Source of the DNA: the human T2T-CHM13v2.0 reference genome, Homo sapiens
Reading direction: 5' to 3' (one strand)
Length of the DNA stretch: 64,000 nt
NCBI RefSeq assembly: GCF_009914755.1
Contig: NC_060927.1
Part shown: positions 1-14,094 of the stretch, in pieces
Layout: each line of letters begins with the position of its first letter
Position numbering within the stretch: the stretch's first letter is position 1
Translations under genes and position numbers: made by a program
The notes under the pieces: generated by a model
What the model was told of the DNA's origin: nothing
Database searches by the model: none
What the model saw: the letters and a program-made list of their open reading frames with translations, nothing else

Positions 1-79
1 TCCAGGGTTGGTTGGTCATAGTCTGACTAGGGTGCTTGTCTGGGGGACTGTGGCCTGAGAGCACAGCCTTGAGGCTAGC

Positions 80-270
80 AGTCCCGAGTTCTGATTCTGT
101 CCCATCACTGTCCTGCTGAGTGATCTTAGGCATATCCCATAATGTTTCTGAGCCTCTATTTCCTTGTCTGCAGAGTAATGATAAAATACCTGCTTCATAG
201 TAGACTGAGAAGAGTTAAGTGATATAGGTGAGGCATTTACCCCAGCACTTAGCCCTCAACAGATGCTTAA
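80..270 (+). mobile_element. MIR SINE fragment
   Basis: MIR core-like tctgagcctctatttccttgtctgcag...ataaaatacctgcttcatag. Confidence 0.6.
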
Positions 271-2634
271 CAACAACAAAGATGGGTGGGAAAACCACTT
301 GTGCTAACATATGCTGAGAGGTCAGACTGAGCAAACCTAGACCCTTGGCCTGGCTGTGGTCATTTGGGTGGCACAGAGGATGATGAACAAGTCAAGGTGG
401 CCCTTCTGACCCTGCCCATCCCAGTCCTGGGTCAGTCCAGAAGACACCTGTGTCCCCATTTAGAGCTAGGTCACACTTGGCACCTGGGATGGCTCAGGGA
501 CACTTGGGTCCCCATTTACTCTTGGAGCTGGTCAGTGCATTCTCTGCCTGACAGAGATTGTAACAGGTTCAGGGAACCATGGACCCCCAGGCTTCAGGTG
601 CTCGTGGCTATCACAGACTGGTCCGGAAGGACCTGAGGCCTCCTGGTCCACACTCCATATTATGGAGGGAGAAACAGATTCAGATAGTAGGAGAAAGGCA
701 CTGATCTCATATGTTTTTGTTTTCATTTAACAAATATCTGAGCACCTGCTCTGTACCAGGCTCTGTGTTGGGCACTAGGGTACCATGGGGACCAGGACCT
801 GCCAGTGTGTGGGTGTTAGGAGCCTAGAGGAAAGGCCCCATCCTGGTCCTGGAGTGGGCTGAGAACCAAAGGTTTTTGTCCCCTAGGCTGCCTCCACCAG
901 CAGTGTGCAGCGTGGCATGCTCTGGTTCTCAGAGAAAGAGAATAGAGGCTGACCTGTTCAGTGTCCCACCCCCACTGTGTCCTTCCCTAGCCCAGAGTGA
1001 CAGGAGCCAGAACCTGCTTCTCTGTGAGTGTGGGGAGGCAGTGAGGCTGTGTCAGGCTCTGTGAGTGGGGTGGTGAGTAACCAGGTGAGAGGTGCCACCT
1101 GGCTTTAGATGCTGCCCACCCCATGAGGTGTGACGGACAGCTCCCTAGCCATGCCTCGTCCTGTCCTCAGCTGGGCAGGGAGTAGGCTGGTCCCACCTAG
1201 GCTGGGTGTGGACCCAGGAAGTAGCACAAGAAAGGGTACCACTAAGATTGGACAGTGGCAGTTGGTGTGGACCTGTTCATAGTAGCTGCTGCTGGAGCTG
1301 TTAGCCTTGTGCCCTGGAGTCCTGTATGGGAAGAGGCTGCAGGTCTGGGTGAGTGGTTCTTGTGAGGCAGGAGGAAGGATTCCATTCTCCATCCCTGAAA
1401 CCCTTGGCATGGTTGGGAATGGGAAGGTGGGGAAGAAGTCTTTTGGGAAGTGGACAGACCCTGGCAGGGGCTCATGGGTGTACTCACCCACCTCAGAGCC
1501 CAGCATTCATGGAGTGTGGGCCATTCCTCTTCAAGGTATGCAAGGGATGGGGTATGAGTTCAGAGATAAGGATCACATGTAGGCGGATGTCAGTCACAGA
1601 TCTCCCTTACACACACTGGTCCATACTGCCCTTGCATGACTGGGGAAGGGTCCTGACTAGAAAAACTGCTCTGCCTTTAGCCCTGCTTCTGCGGTGGGTG
1701 CTGGGGGCTTGGAAAGTGACTTCAGGCTCCCTTTTGGGGCCTGGTCCCTCTGGGAGCCTTCAGTGTTGGAGGGGAAGGAAGGAGCTGAGAGGACCCTGAG
1801 TGCCTCGCTTGATCCTGGCCAGCTCTGGCCTGTGGACAGGCCCTAGTGGCTGGGCTGCTATCACTGTGCCTGTGGGCCCATCCTGTCTGCCAGGCTGGCT
1901 CTCTACCTCCTGCCCCACCCTGTGCCACCATCACCTCTGCTGCTATGTTTGGGGCTTAAGCAACCTGCCTGCTTGCTTATATGGGGAGCCTGGCTGGGGC
2001 AAGATGGGTGTGGCAGCTAGTTCAATTTATGTGGCCCAAGTGGGCCTATATTTGCTGCTTACATCTACTACCTAGGAGGTGGTGTTTGCTCCAGGCATGG
2101 AGTGGGTTGGGGAACTGGTGGTACTTGCTTCTGCCTTTAGTAAACAAGACTGCCATTGAAGCCCCCTTTCCCTTAGTCCAATGAGAACCAAGGCCCAGGG
2201 CCACTAGGTCTGCAGGGGCCTGTGGTCATTTGGCTGGCATGACCACAGCCTCACAGAGGCTGGTGAGAGTTCTGATGTAGGCCTGTGTCACACTCCCTCC
2301 TCCCTCAGTGTGTGTGGAGAGAAGGCTCCCTGCCCTCCCTGGAGGCACTTAGTTTGGGTGGAGCCTGGGAAGGGGTGAGGGAGTAGGATTTCCCAGGACT
2401 GACCTCCTCAACAAAGGCAATGGGAATGTGGGCTGGGATGTTTCCTGAGGGCTCAGGCCGCCCCCTATCCTGGTTACTCCATGGTTATTTTCTGCCAGGT
2501 GGAGTCCAGGCATTTGCTGTGCAGCAGGTTAACTATGTGGGACAGGTCTGGAAGCACGAGCTCCTCTCTGCCCACTAGAACTGTCCTTGAGGTGAGGTGA
2601 GACGAGGTGTGAGAGGAAGGGGCTTCGGATTTGC

Positions 2635-2760
2635 CCTTCTGGGTTTGAATCAAGGCTCCACTGCTAACCAATGTGTGACTTTAGGTGAGTCACTTGGCCT
2701 GTCTGAGTATGTCTCCTCATCTGTCACATGAGGATAAAAGAATCCCTACCTCAGGGTTTT
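2635..2760 (+). mobile_element. MIR SINE fragment
   Basis: ctgggtttgaat...gtgtgactttaggtgagtcactt...ctcatctgt...cctacctcaggg matches the MIR core. Confidence 0.7.
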
Positions 2761-3049
2761 TGTTTTGTGGGGGCTAATTGATAATGATATGGCCCAATAC
2801 CCAGTTCTTTAAATAGGTGGGTGTCACACTTGACATCCAGTCCTGCCTGAGGACCTCATGCCACTGGGACTTTGTACTTTTAGGGACCCTGCCTGCCTCT
2901 CTGGTTTAGTCCCAGCCTCCTGCAGGTTGTCTGGGCCATGTGAGGCGGCACAGTGCAGGGAAAAGCCATTGTGCAGCCCGCTTTCACTAGGGCCAATTTC
3001 CGGGACTCCTGGATGCCCCTGGGTTGTGTGGCGCAGCTCTGAAGCTGGT

Positions 3050-3245
3050 CTGCTTGAGTTTGAATCCTGACTTCAGCACTCCCTTGCTGTGTGACCTTGG
3101 CTGAATGGCTTGGTTGTCTGGGCCTTGGGAACAGGGTTGAAAACAGTACCAACCACAGAAGGCTGTTTGGATTTAATGAGCTTATGCTTGGAAGGCAGAG
3201 TCTGGGGAAAGTGGTGAGTGCCTGGTCAGATATCAGCTGTTTTTA
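3050..3245 (+). mobile_element. MIR SINE fragment
   Basis: gtttgaatcctgacttcagcact...gctgtgtgaccttgg. Confidence 0.55.
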
Positions 3246-6200
3246 GGATTCTGTTTGAAGGTGTAGGGTTATAGAGGAAGGTTCCTGAAAGGTTTCTAAG
3301 TAAACTCACCTTTGAGGGCTGGTATCTTGTTGACTCCTTTCTTTCCTCCCGAGCCTGAAGAATGAGGCTTGTCCTCTGGCCTAGCTGTCTGCATCATCTC
3401 GTGTCCTGACTGGTGCCTGTCTCCGTGTGCCTTTGGGCATAAGCTTCCCAGGGAAGTTGGGGGTTGGCGTGTTGACCTGTAGCACCTAGGAGGGCAAACG
3501 AGGTCCCGTATCAACCACCTAGTCATGGGCCAGTGCAGCTCGTCTATTCCCTTGGGAGTACAAGTGCAAATGAAGGGCCCTGCCTCTACTTTCCCCCTTA
3601 ACTTGGGTAGCTCTGGGTCAGTGGGCTGGCATGGGAAGAGTAAGGGCAGCCCTCTGTGCCTGGGTTTGAGAGATGGTGCTGCTGTCCCTGTCAGGTTGTG
3701 TAGGTTGTGGGCCTGGGGTTGGCAGTTTGTATTAACCCTGAACCCAATGACTACATTTGGTCTGGGCCGCTGACACCATTTCTCATTCCTGCATCCTGGA
3801 AGATTATCAGTCTTGTCCAGTTCCCAGACTCAGCGAGGTCTTGGCTTGGCAGGGGCCCCGAGATGGCTGTCTTCGCTATAGCCTCACACAATAGGGTCGG
3901 CAGGGCACTGTGACACCACTCAGGAAGGGGCAGTGGGGCCAGCCTTGGGACTAGCTCGTACCTGGAAGCCTCAGGTTCTAAGCAGACTGCCCTCTCCTCC
4001 CAGTAATGGGACTCAGGAGGCTTTTCAGCCCAAAGGAGATGCTCTGGGGCCTGGCATGCCTCTGTTGTTTTCCTGGTACTCTTGCTTTGAGGACACATCC
4101 TGGATGGGCTTGTCTTTACCCCGAGTGGTGGTGGGTCTGGCCACTGCCCTGTTTCCCAGATGTGGTTCCTTGTAGGTACTAGTTCTGGTCCAATTCTTGT
4201 TCTGGGCAGAGGTACCCAGAGAAATAGCTGATCTGGGGAGGAAGAGGAGCAGGCAGGTAGGGCTGGGAGGCCCAGGCCTATGTCCTAGGGTTCGGCCCAA
4301 ATACAGATACTCATTGAGCCAAGGTGGATGGGGTCTCTTGCCCATCAGGACATCCCAACCTTCTGGGCACTTGACAGCCTTAGTAGGCCTTTTCCCTGGA
4401 GGCGGGTCTGGGCTTTACTGGGAGGCCAGGAAAGCTTTCCTCTGCCACTGGATCAGCCTTGCCACTCCCTAGGTTATTTTAGGGCCTGTCCCATTTCCTC
4501 CTTGCTGGTGCCTTGTTCAGCTGCTTCCCAGCTTCAACTTTGCATGGGGCCACTTAGTGGGTGGTAGGCTTGCTGAGAGACCTTCTAGGCTCCTCCTTAG
4601 GCCAGGGCAGGGGAGGAGGTAGGAAGTGTTCTTACTTGTGGAATTAGGGAGTTGCTTAGCCAGGAAAGGAGCTGCTGTGCCCCACACACCTCCTGGATCC
4701 TGGGAGCCCTGTCTTCTTAGCTCCCTTCTTCCACTTTGACAGGAGCTCTGCCTTTTCTCCAGGTGGAGGGAGAGGAAGTTTGTTATGGTGCAGGGCTTGC
4801 TTGTGTGTGCATGCATGTACTGTCACTGAGCATGCCTCAAGAACTTTCTGTGTGCGCAGGATCCTGGACCTTTTTGCCTAGAGGCCTGGAGTGATGGAGA
4901 GAGATGGGGAGGCCATCAGTTACAGTGCAGCACAACACCTGCTCCCTGGTGGGTACTTGGGATCAGAGAGGAGGGGCTGCTTGGTGGAGAGCAACAGAAG
5001 GCTTTGAAGGGGAAAGTTGAGCTGAGTCTTGCAGGATGGGCAGGAGTTTCCCAGTCAGAAGGGACTCTGGAATAGGGTGAAGAAGGACATTTCAGGCAGA
5101 GGAAGTAGCTTACGCAAAGGCAGGAAGCATGGGAGGATGTGGCATGTTTGGGGAGCTGCAAATAGTTTCATGTGGGTGTGTGTGGGGGTGTGGCGGGTGA
5201 GGAGGCTGGCAAGGCGGGCTGGGCCAGAGCCTGGATCTGTCCCTCCCTCTGCCATGCAGACACTCAGTTGGTGCCTGCCCACCTGGGCTCTGGCCCCTGC
5301 TGGGGCCTGAGGCTGCAGAAAGGGAGTGCAAGGTGAGTGTGTGGGCAAATTCATGCAGTATTATGTGGGCCACTCCAAAAGAGCCTTGCCTATTGGCTTG
5401 TGAATTTAGTTTCATCCTAGAGGTAAATTGGGAGCCATTGAGAGGTTCTGAGCAAGATGACCACATGTGTTCTGGTGTCTTTTGGCTACTGAAGAGGATG
5501 TTGAGCTGGGAGTCCCATAAGGCCTGCTGAAGCGTTCCCAGGAAAGACCCTGGAACTCAAACCCAGGCAAGCCAGCTGTAGAAAGGAAGAGAATAAGTGA
5601 CCTTTCATCCGTTTCTCCATATGACTTATGTAGATGTTTCTTTTGCACAGCACAGGTTGGTAGGGTCAGGGACATGAAGATAGGCTTTGTGGCAGGCAGT
5701 GTCTCTTGGCTTGTCAGCAGGAGGCCTGCCAGATAACTTCCTGCCTATCTGGTCATTCTCAAGTCTTGGCGTGTGAGTAGGGCAGTTCCACCATCTAGAG
5801 ACAAGAGATGGTATTGCAGTGATCTCCTGTGCCTCTGGGTGGGGTGGGAGGAGCTTCAGGCCAAAAGAAGTGACTGTGTGCAAGGTAGACTTATGGAGGG
5901 CAAGAAAGTTTACAGCAAAATACTGGGGGAGAAGAGAGTGCCACTGAGCCACGCTGAAAGGCTCTTCAAGAGGGTATTTGAACCGGAAGGACAGGCAGGG
6001 AGGAGCTGCATATTCAGAGGTTTGGGTGGTCGGGCATTCTAGGCCATGGACAGTTGTTTGGACTGTGTCATAGCTACTAATAACCACAATTATGGGGCAT
6101 TTGCTGAATGCTGGACCCAGGCTAAGCTCTCGTGAAGTTTCTTGTTTAATATGGCAGTTCTGTAAGTAGATATTGAGGAACTGGGGCTCCCAGAACCCAA

Positions 6201-7930
6201 GGGACTTGTCTAGAATCACACGACTCAGATTCGCACCGTGGCCTGCCTCTCTCAAGCTGTGTTTCTGACCACTACACCCGGTTGCCTGCTACTAAAGCTC
6301 TGAGCCAGGTTTGGATGCCGTAGGCTTCAAGGGGGCTGCAAGGGGACCAGAGCTGCAGACAGTTGAGGGTGACCGTTAGGGTCTGCTTAGAAGTGAGAGC
6401 CTGGAATAGGTGCCCAAGTCCCAGGCAAACTGTGACTAAAAGGAAGGCCTGGGTTGGCCTGAGTAGAGGAGGCCATTCAGGGCTGAGAAACCCCCAGGGG
6501 ATTTCAGAGAGGGCTTGGAAAGGGCTGTAATGGGAGGGAGAGGTGAGAACAGGTAATAATGACTTCACAGTGCTGGGAAGGAGGGCTGGGGAGAGGAGTA
6601 AGTGGAGGTAGAGGGAGAAGCCTGTTTAAACTTAGGGGTCATCCCTGTGAAGGTGAACTGCTGGCAAAAAAAATTTTTTTGCGGTGGGTAGGGAGAAAGG
6701 AGCCTTTAGAGTTGAGCAAAACCCAGGATTGAGGGTACAAGGTCTGTGCTGAATCTCTTGGATTCAAGATCATATGTCTCTGAGGGCCCAGTCTGAAGGC
6801 TGGTACAGACTTAGGCACCTGGAAAGCTGACGTGGGAAACAGGTAGCAGTAGGTGAGACAAAGTGAGGCCTCTTGATGCCAGGAGGAGAAATGAGTACTG
6901 GGCCTTGCAGCATTCATTCAGTCCTAGGAAGTGTTGGAGGCTCACATAGGAGCCTTACATGGCTGAGGTTTCTGGGAGCCAGAGGAGGGAAATTAGGTAG
7001 GGAGGCAAGCAGAGTGGGAAGTGCAGGCACTAGCAACCTACAGAGATTTGGAGGGGAACCAGTGGTCTTGGCTTTTAGCCAGGAAGGGACTTAGGAAGTG
7101 GGATAGGTCCCTGGATGGGCCATGGGTTGCAGAAGAAGTCTAGAGGCTCTGGTGATGGTAGCTGGCCCTGCCAGAGGGGTGGGGAGGATGATCTCTTCAC
7201 AGAATTTCACCAGCAACCCAGATGTCAGTGATCCCAATCCTATGTCCTGACAGGTGCTTCCTGCAGCCCCTCCTCAGCCACTTGCCAGGTCCTGACCCTG
7301 CAAGCATGTGTGTAAACACACACACACGTGTTCTTGCTTTCCTAGGGCATGACCGTGGAGGGCTCTGAGCTCTTTATTACCACTCCTCAGTTTTGCTCCC
7401 TTGCCTGCCATAATTTCTCTGCCTGTAAAGCCTGCTCTTCTCCAGGAGATAGGAGGGAAATTAGCTAATAGGATTTTGCTGGACCCAGGCTGCAGGATCA
7501 GCCACTGTACAGTTCTGCTGGTGGCCCTGGGGCGTGGGGGCTGACAGAGGGTCTTATGGTGGGGTGGAAGGGCCCCCTCAGTGGAGCCATGTGGAGGGTG
7601 ATGGTTCAGAGGTCCTCTCCGCCCTTCCCTCTCCTGGCCTCCAGAAGGGCAGAGACCAAGTCTAACCCCTCACTATGATCCCTGGGTTTCCACAGGGCAT
7701 GGCATGTTTGTTGAAGGAATAGATGAGAGTCCTGTGGTACGATGCCACAGGCAGGGGCCATAGGTGGGTTCCAGTAAGAAAATAGCTAGCTGTGTCCTGG
7801 TATCTGGGGCTGCATGGCTTGTCAGAGCTGCTGGTTCTTTTAGGCCTGATCTGGCACAGTCCCAGGAGGAAGGAGGTCTGAGGGCCTCCTTCCTTTGGCC
7901 AACTCTCACACCCATGCTTTGCTTCCCCAG

Positions 7931-8152
7931 GTGCCCCCTGATAAGTGCCGATGTGCCGTGGGCAGCATCCTGAGTGAAGGTGAGGAATCGCCCTCCCCTG
8001 AGCTCATCGACCTCTACCAGAAATTTGGCTTCAAGGTGTTCTCCTTCCCGGCACCCAGCCATGTGGTGACAGCCACCTTCCCCTACACCACCATTCTGTC
8101 CATCTGGCTGGCTACCCGCCGTGTCCATCCTGCCTTGGACACCTACATCAAG
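7931..8152 (+). CDS. TEX264: TEX264 internal coding exon, 222 nt (VPPDKCRCAVGS...LDTYIK), GyrI-like domain
   Basis: Polypyrimidine tract + cccag acceptor at 7930; AAG|gtgagg donor at 8153; phase 0/0; translation matches the human TEX264 protein as I recall it. Confidence 0.97.
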
Positions 8153-8847
8153 GTGAGGCACAGGCCTGGGGTGTGTGTGTTGGGGACAGCCAGGCCCCTT
8201 GGGTGGAGCTGAGGAGGACTGCCTAGAATGGGAGGAAGAAGTGGTTTTGGGAGAGCAGCACCCTGGGGCCCTCATGGAACAGGTACCTGTGGAGCTAGGA
8301 AGATGGGCAGAGGTTGTTGGCATCTCTTTCAGATGCCCAAGATCTTTTGGAAGCCGGAGCATATCCCAAGAGCATGGAGAACTTGTTCATAAATCTGATC
8401 TGGTTAGTTTGGCTCTGGCTTTGACCAAAGACATCCATAGTGCTTATCCCACACTCCTGGCTCAGATGAATGGACAGGCCACTTTATTCTCATCCTGCTG
8501 GAGGCCTGCAAAGCAAGGACCTGAGGCTCCCAGTGTCTGGGCAGGCCCCAGGTAATCATGTATTGCCCGTGGCCCTGCCTGTGCATGGGCTTATACATCT
8601 GCTCCCAGAGGCCAGGGCTGGGACAGCAGTGGCAGGCTCTGTTTCCTTTACTTCCTGACTTGGTTACTGGCAATGCTGGCAGCCCAACCTTCCTGGAGGA
8701 AGGAGAGCCAGTCACCTGGTCATCTGACGGGTTTCTGTGTCTACAGAAATTTTTTTAAAACTTGCCCTGTTACACATCCCTCCTCCCCTAAACGTTTTGT
8801 AAACTTGGTTGCTAGGGAAATGACCCCAGTTTGGGCTTGGACGTGAT

Positions 8848-10030
8848 TGTTCATTCATTTAACTTGTATTTATAGTCTGTGTGCCAGGTGCTATAATGGG
8901 CACAATGTGAATGAAACGTTGGTGCATGAAACAGCCATTCACAGTGAGGTGGTGAAGATAGGTAATAAATATCAGACAAAAATAGGACGTGTGCTAGAGA
9001 AGGAGAGGGTGAGAAAAGTCAGGGAACCAACTTGGACAGAATGGTCAGGGACAGCCTCTCAGAGGAGATAACCTCAAGGCAGAGTCCTAGAAGAGCCTTT
9101 AGAGAGGAGATAAGAACTTCTAGTCAGAGCTTTGGTCTAAATGCAGCAGGAAGTCACTGCAGTGTTCCAACCAGGAAAATAACACAGTTGGAGCCACGTC
9201 TGTACAAGATGAGCTGTCCCATCTCTGGGCAGGGTGGGACTGGACCACAGATCTGGGACCAGGTGGAGATGCTTAGGCCTGGGGCTAAGGAATTAGCCTA
9301 GGAGGCTGTCATGAATCCCATTGTGAGTGGTGGCAGCTTGGGCAGGCCCAGCGGCTATAGAGCTGTGGACAAGGATGGAGATTTACAATCACTTTTGGGA
9401 TAGAACTGATAGACTTTGGGTGGATTCACTGTTGTGGAAGGAGAGGCAGTGAGGGAGTCACAGAGGGCTCTGCTCCCCTCTGGCCTGGGCAGGTGGGCAA
9501 GTATGTAGTGATGCTTTCACTGACATGTGGGGAACTGAGGGAGGCCCTGGTTTTGGGGGGAAGGTAGCTATTTGGGCTATGTCAGGGGAGCTGCCTGAGA
9601 TACATCTAAGTTGGGGGGTGTGGAGTCAGCAATGGTATGTGTGGCCTGGAGTTGAGGAAAGGCTGGGCTGGTGGATATATTTGGGGACATCAGCCTGTTG
9701 GCAGTATTTGACCTGGGAGGCTGCCCTGTGCCTCCCTGCCTCTGTGGGACCAGGTAGGCAGTGGACAGCCTGTGGCAGCAAAGGCTGCGCAGAGGGCGTG
9801 GCCAGTGTGGCAGGGGTCAGGGAACAGGACGAGAGTCAGTGGGAGTGAGAGCCTGGTACACTTGGAGGATCCTTGCAACTTTGTTCACCAAAGCAGCTTG
9901 GGGAAAGGGACACAGCGTTGATGATGGAAATGGGAGTTCAGATGTCCCTGGAGTCTGGTGTTGGGGCTGAGGAATGAATAAATGAGGCCCTGGGTCACCA
10001 GCTGTGTCCTTGGCGGTCAAAGACAGGTTT
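8848..10030 (-). mobile_element. Ancient L2 LINE remnant
   Basis: Starts ttcattcatttaac...gtgtgccaggtgcta (L2 3' end on the minus strand), followed by degenerate purine-rich L2-like sequence. Confidence 0.55.
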
Positions 10031-12352
10031 GAAGAATCAGGAGTGAGAAGACCTGGAAAGGGGAGGGCTGTCACGGTGATAAGGCAAGGGCACAGGGAGA
10101 ATAGAGGGGAGTTTCCTTTGTGAGCTGGAGGGTGGTGGCCAAAAGGGGTGTGGGGCAGGATGTGCTTGCCTGGCTGCGGTTGGACTGGAGGTGGGGGCGG
10201 GCTGGCTGGTGGTGTGGGCAGGAAGGAAGATACCAGTGCCCTAGGCCTGCTTAGTGTGCTGCCTCTGGGGAGTCCCGCCCCATTTCATTCAAGGAAGGCC
10301 TCTCCAGTCCTGTCGGTGCCATCCTCAACCTCATGGGCCCATCTGGAGGGGCACCCCTGGGAAAGAGACTTCTTGGGTTCCAGACCTCAGAACAGGACAT
10401 GTGGCATGTGGTGTGGTGGTGAGCAACTCAGCCACCAAAGCCTTTTCCTGGCTTCAGGGGTTTATTTTTAGACACCTTTGTCCAAATTTCCCGGCCCCTG
10501 ACAGCTTCACAAGTTGCCTGGTTTTGACGTCACCTCTTTGATGAAAGCCCTTCCTCCTTCCTCCCCGCTCCCATGGGAGCCTGTCAGCTGTGCTCCTGGA
10601 GTGGGGGTTGAGACAAGGAAGCCAGTGATATGGGGGAGAGCAAGGGGCTTCTCCCAGAGACAGGTGTGAGGCATGCTTGTGTGGGCTTGGCCATCAGCGG
10701 GGAGAGTAAGATAGAGGCCGGCTGCCCACAGAAGAGGCATGGCCGAAGGTCCTGGGCTTGTTTTGGCAGCAGGGTGTGGGGGTTGCCTCTGCCCCTGTGT
10801 TTAGCCTGACCTTGCGTCTTGGGGAACAAAGCCAGGGGAGAGATGAGGAAGGGGCTAGCTCTGTTTGCTGGTCACAGCCTGCAGTGGACAGGGGTGGCCC
10901 TGTGCCTCTCTCAGCCCAGGAGACAGCAAGGAGAGAGTATAAGGCTCCCTTCCATCCCTGCCTTCATCTCCCCTGCCCTGAGGTCAGAGAAAGGAGATTA
11001 CTAATGAGACTAGTTGCGTCTCACTCTTCTAGCACCGACAGCTTTTAACTGTGTGTGCGTGCGCGTGTGTACACCCTTCTTTTTCTCTCTGGATCTGGGA
11101 CTGCTGTGAAGGCTCTTCAAATGGAATGACAGCAGCCGTCAGCTTTCTGCTTTGGCAGGGGTGAGAGAGGCCAGGAGCCCTGCTGCCAGGAGTTGCGGGG
11201 GGAGGACTTGGCAGGCTCACCAGCCTCTCCAGAGGCTAGGTGAGGGGCAGGGGTGAATGGATCTTAGCTTCGGGTTTGGGAGGTGGAGAGCAGCTGCTGT
11301 CCCGGGAGTTGCAGATGTGCCTGAGCCTGGAACAGGATTGGTCTCATGGGACAGAGGGACCTGAAGTTCACGGCGAGAGGCCCAAGGAGAAGCACTTGTC
11401 AGGACTCTCGGGATTCTGGAAGGGATGGCTGATCTCAGCTTTCCTGGTTTGCATGGCAGCCTCTGGCTCTCTGGCTAGCCTTCCCCAGCTTGGCAGCCTG
11501 GCAAACTGCTATAGATGCTGGAACTCTGCCTTTCTCCATATAAACTGCTAAGGGCCCCCAGGCTGAACACTCATTCCCCTGGAATCCATGCGTACTGTGT
11601 GACCATCACTCCATATGGAAGATGCCTCAGCTTTGTCAGGCTGCTCCGCTGGAGTCCAAGGAGGTGGCCTCTAGTACAGGAGGAGACCACTCCCCAAGTC
11701 CCAGGAAAGGGGTATCTTCTGGAAGCTGCAGGATGGAACAGAGCTTGCTTGAAATTGCAAACCTGCAGAGGGGAGATGGGGCCCAGATGTGAGCCCAGAG
11801 CAATGGGCAGAGGCCCCCAAATTCACCAGTCTTAATGAGTGTCCAGGGAAGGCTTCGGACACATGGAACAGACCAGGACTGAGGGATGGGCCTGGGAATT
11901 CGATGTGTGGGATTGTGTGTGTAAGGTCTCTAGTGCAGTTTGCTCATATCTGTCTGTAGCACTTGGTGAGGAAGGCCATTGAGAGTGTTTGACACACAGC
12001 CAAGCCCCCATGCCTGATTTCTCTCCCAGACCCGTCCAGAATCTTTTTCAAAAGTGCCCTTCCCCATGGTCTCTGATTTCAGGGAGTTTTTAGGGGGAGG
12101 GTCTTTGTAAAATGGTTTGAGCCTCCTCTCCCAAGTTTAGGGTGTTACAGGGCATTGTTCATGTAGTGGCTGATTGGCTGGGGAGTGCAGGTGGCCCTGG
12201 AGGTCAGACTAATGTCTGACTATCCACCATCAAATTGGAGAAAAGCGTGTAAGTAAGGAGGGGTCACCGAATATAGTGAGCCTGTGAGGGGAACCTTGGT
12301 GGCCGAATTCTGGGACAGCTGGGTTGACTGGGACTGTCTTACCAGGGGCTTA

Positions 12353-13039
<687 letters not shown>

Positions 13040-13767
13040 TCAGACTGCCCTGGCTGTGCTGAGGTGCCCTGTGGCTATCAGCCTGTGGTGGGAGCTGTAC
13101 TCAGACCCTTTCCTGCTTCACCTGGAGTAGTTCTGCCTGTGAGTTTTACAACCCAGGTGTCTTGAGCTTTTGTTTGGAAGGGAGCTTCTAAGGCTCAGCT
13201 GGTTTGAAAACCTCTGTCCTAAGAGAGGGGCAAAACTGGGCAGATGCCACCTCCAGTCCCGCCCACTACATGTCTGTTCTCGATCCTGAGGATGCTGTAA
13301 CTGCAGTATGAGTGGAGCTGGGAGGCACCAGGGCCCAGCCCTTGTGCAGGTAGGGCAGGAGCTCCAAAGAGAGGCACTTGTCTTGAGGGGAGTGTGACTG
13401 ATTGGAAGCTGGACCTGGAGGGACCCTGGGGAGCTGCAGGTTGGAGTTCTCCTGGGGTGGTGGTGACTGAACTCCTGAGTGGTGGGTGATAGCATTATGG
13501 GGCAGCCAGCTTGGAACTAAGGCCTGTGGGCCCCAGCAGATTGCCTGTGGAAATGGGTCAGCCTGTTGAGCAGTGGCTGTGAGGAAGCTCGAAACAGCCT
13601 GGCCACAGCCTGTGTTCTGTCCAGTGGGCACAGAACCGCTTGTGTTTGCTTCCCTTTAGTCTGCCTCAGTGACCCTGAGGGAGTCAGTCGGTGGGTCTGA
13701 GTCCACACTGGGGCCAAAACACCAGTGCAGAGCAACAAGGCCTCGGCCGGGGAAATACAGGTGAGGA

Positions 13768-14094
13768 CGCCACGTGTGGTGGCTCACGCCTGTAATCCCC
13801 ACACTTTAGGAGGCTGAGGTGGGTGGATCACCTAAAGTCAGGAGTTTGAGACCAGCCTGGCCAACACAGTGAAACCCCATCTTTACTAAAAGTACAAAAA
13901 TCAGCTGGGCTTGGTGGCACACACCTCTAATCTCAGCTACTCAGGAGGCTGAGGCACGAGAATTGCTTGAACTCGGGAGGCAGAGGTTGCAGTGAGCTGA
14001 GATCACGACACTGCCCAGTGAGCTGAGATCACGACACTGATCTCCAGCCTGGGTGACAGAGCAAGACTCCGTCTCAAAAAAAAAAAAAAAAAAA
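13768..14094 (+). mobile_element. Alu (AluSx-like) with an internal 24-bp tandem duplication
   Basis: Full Alu, poly(A) tail, TSD core caggtgagg at 13758-13766 and 14096-14104. Confidence 0.93.

Noticed and set aside
7673-8362. 229-aa minus-strand ORF, and similar antisense or alternative-frame ORFs over GRM2 exons (37763..38398, 40382..41122)
   Set aside because: Shadow ORFs of GC-rich coding exons, with no recognisable protein features.
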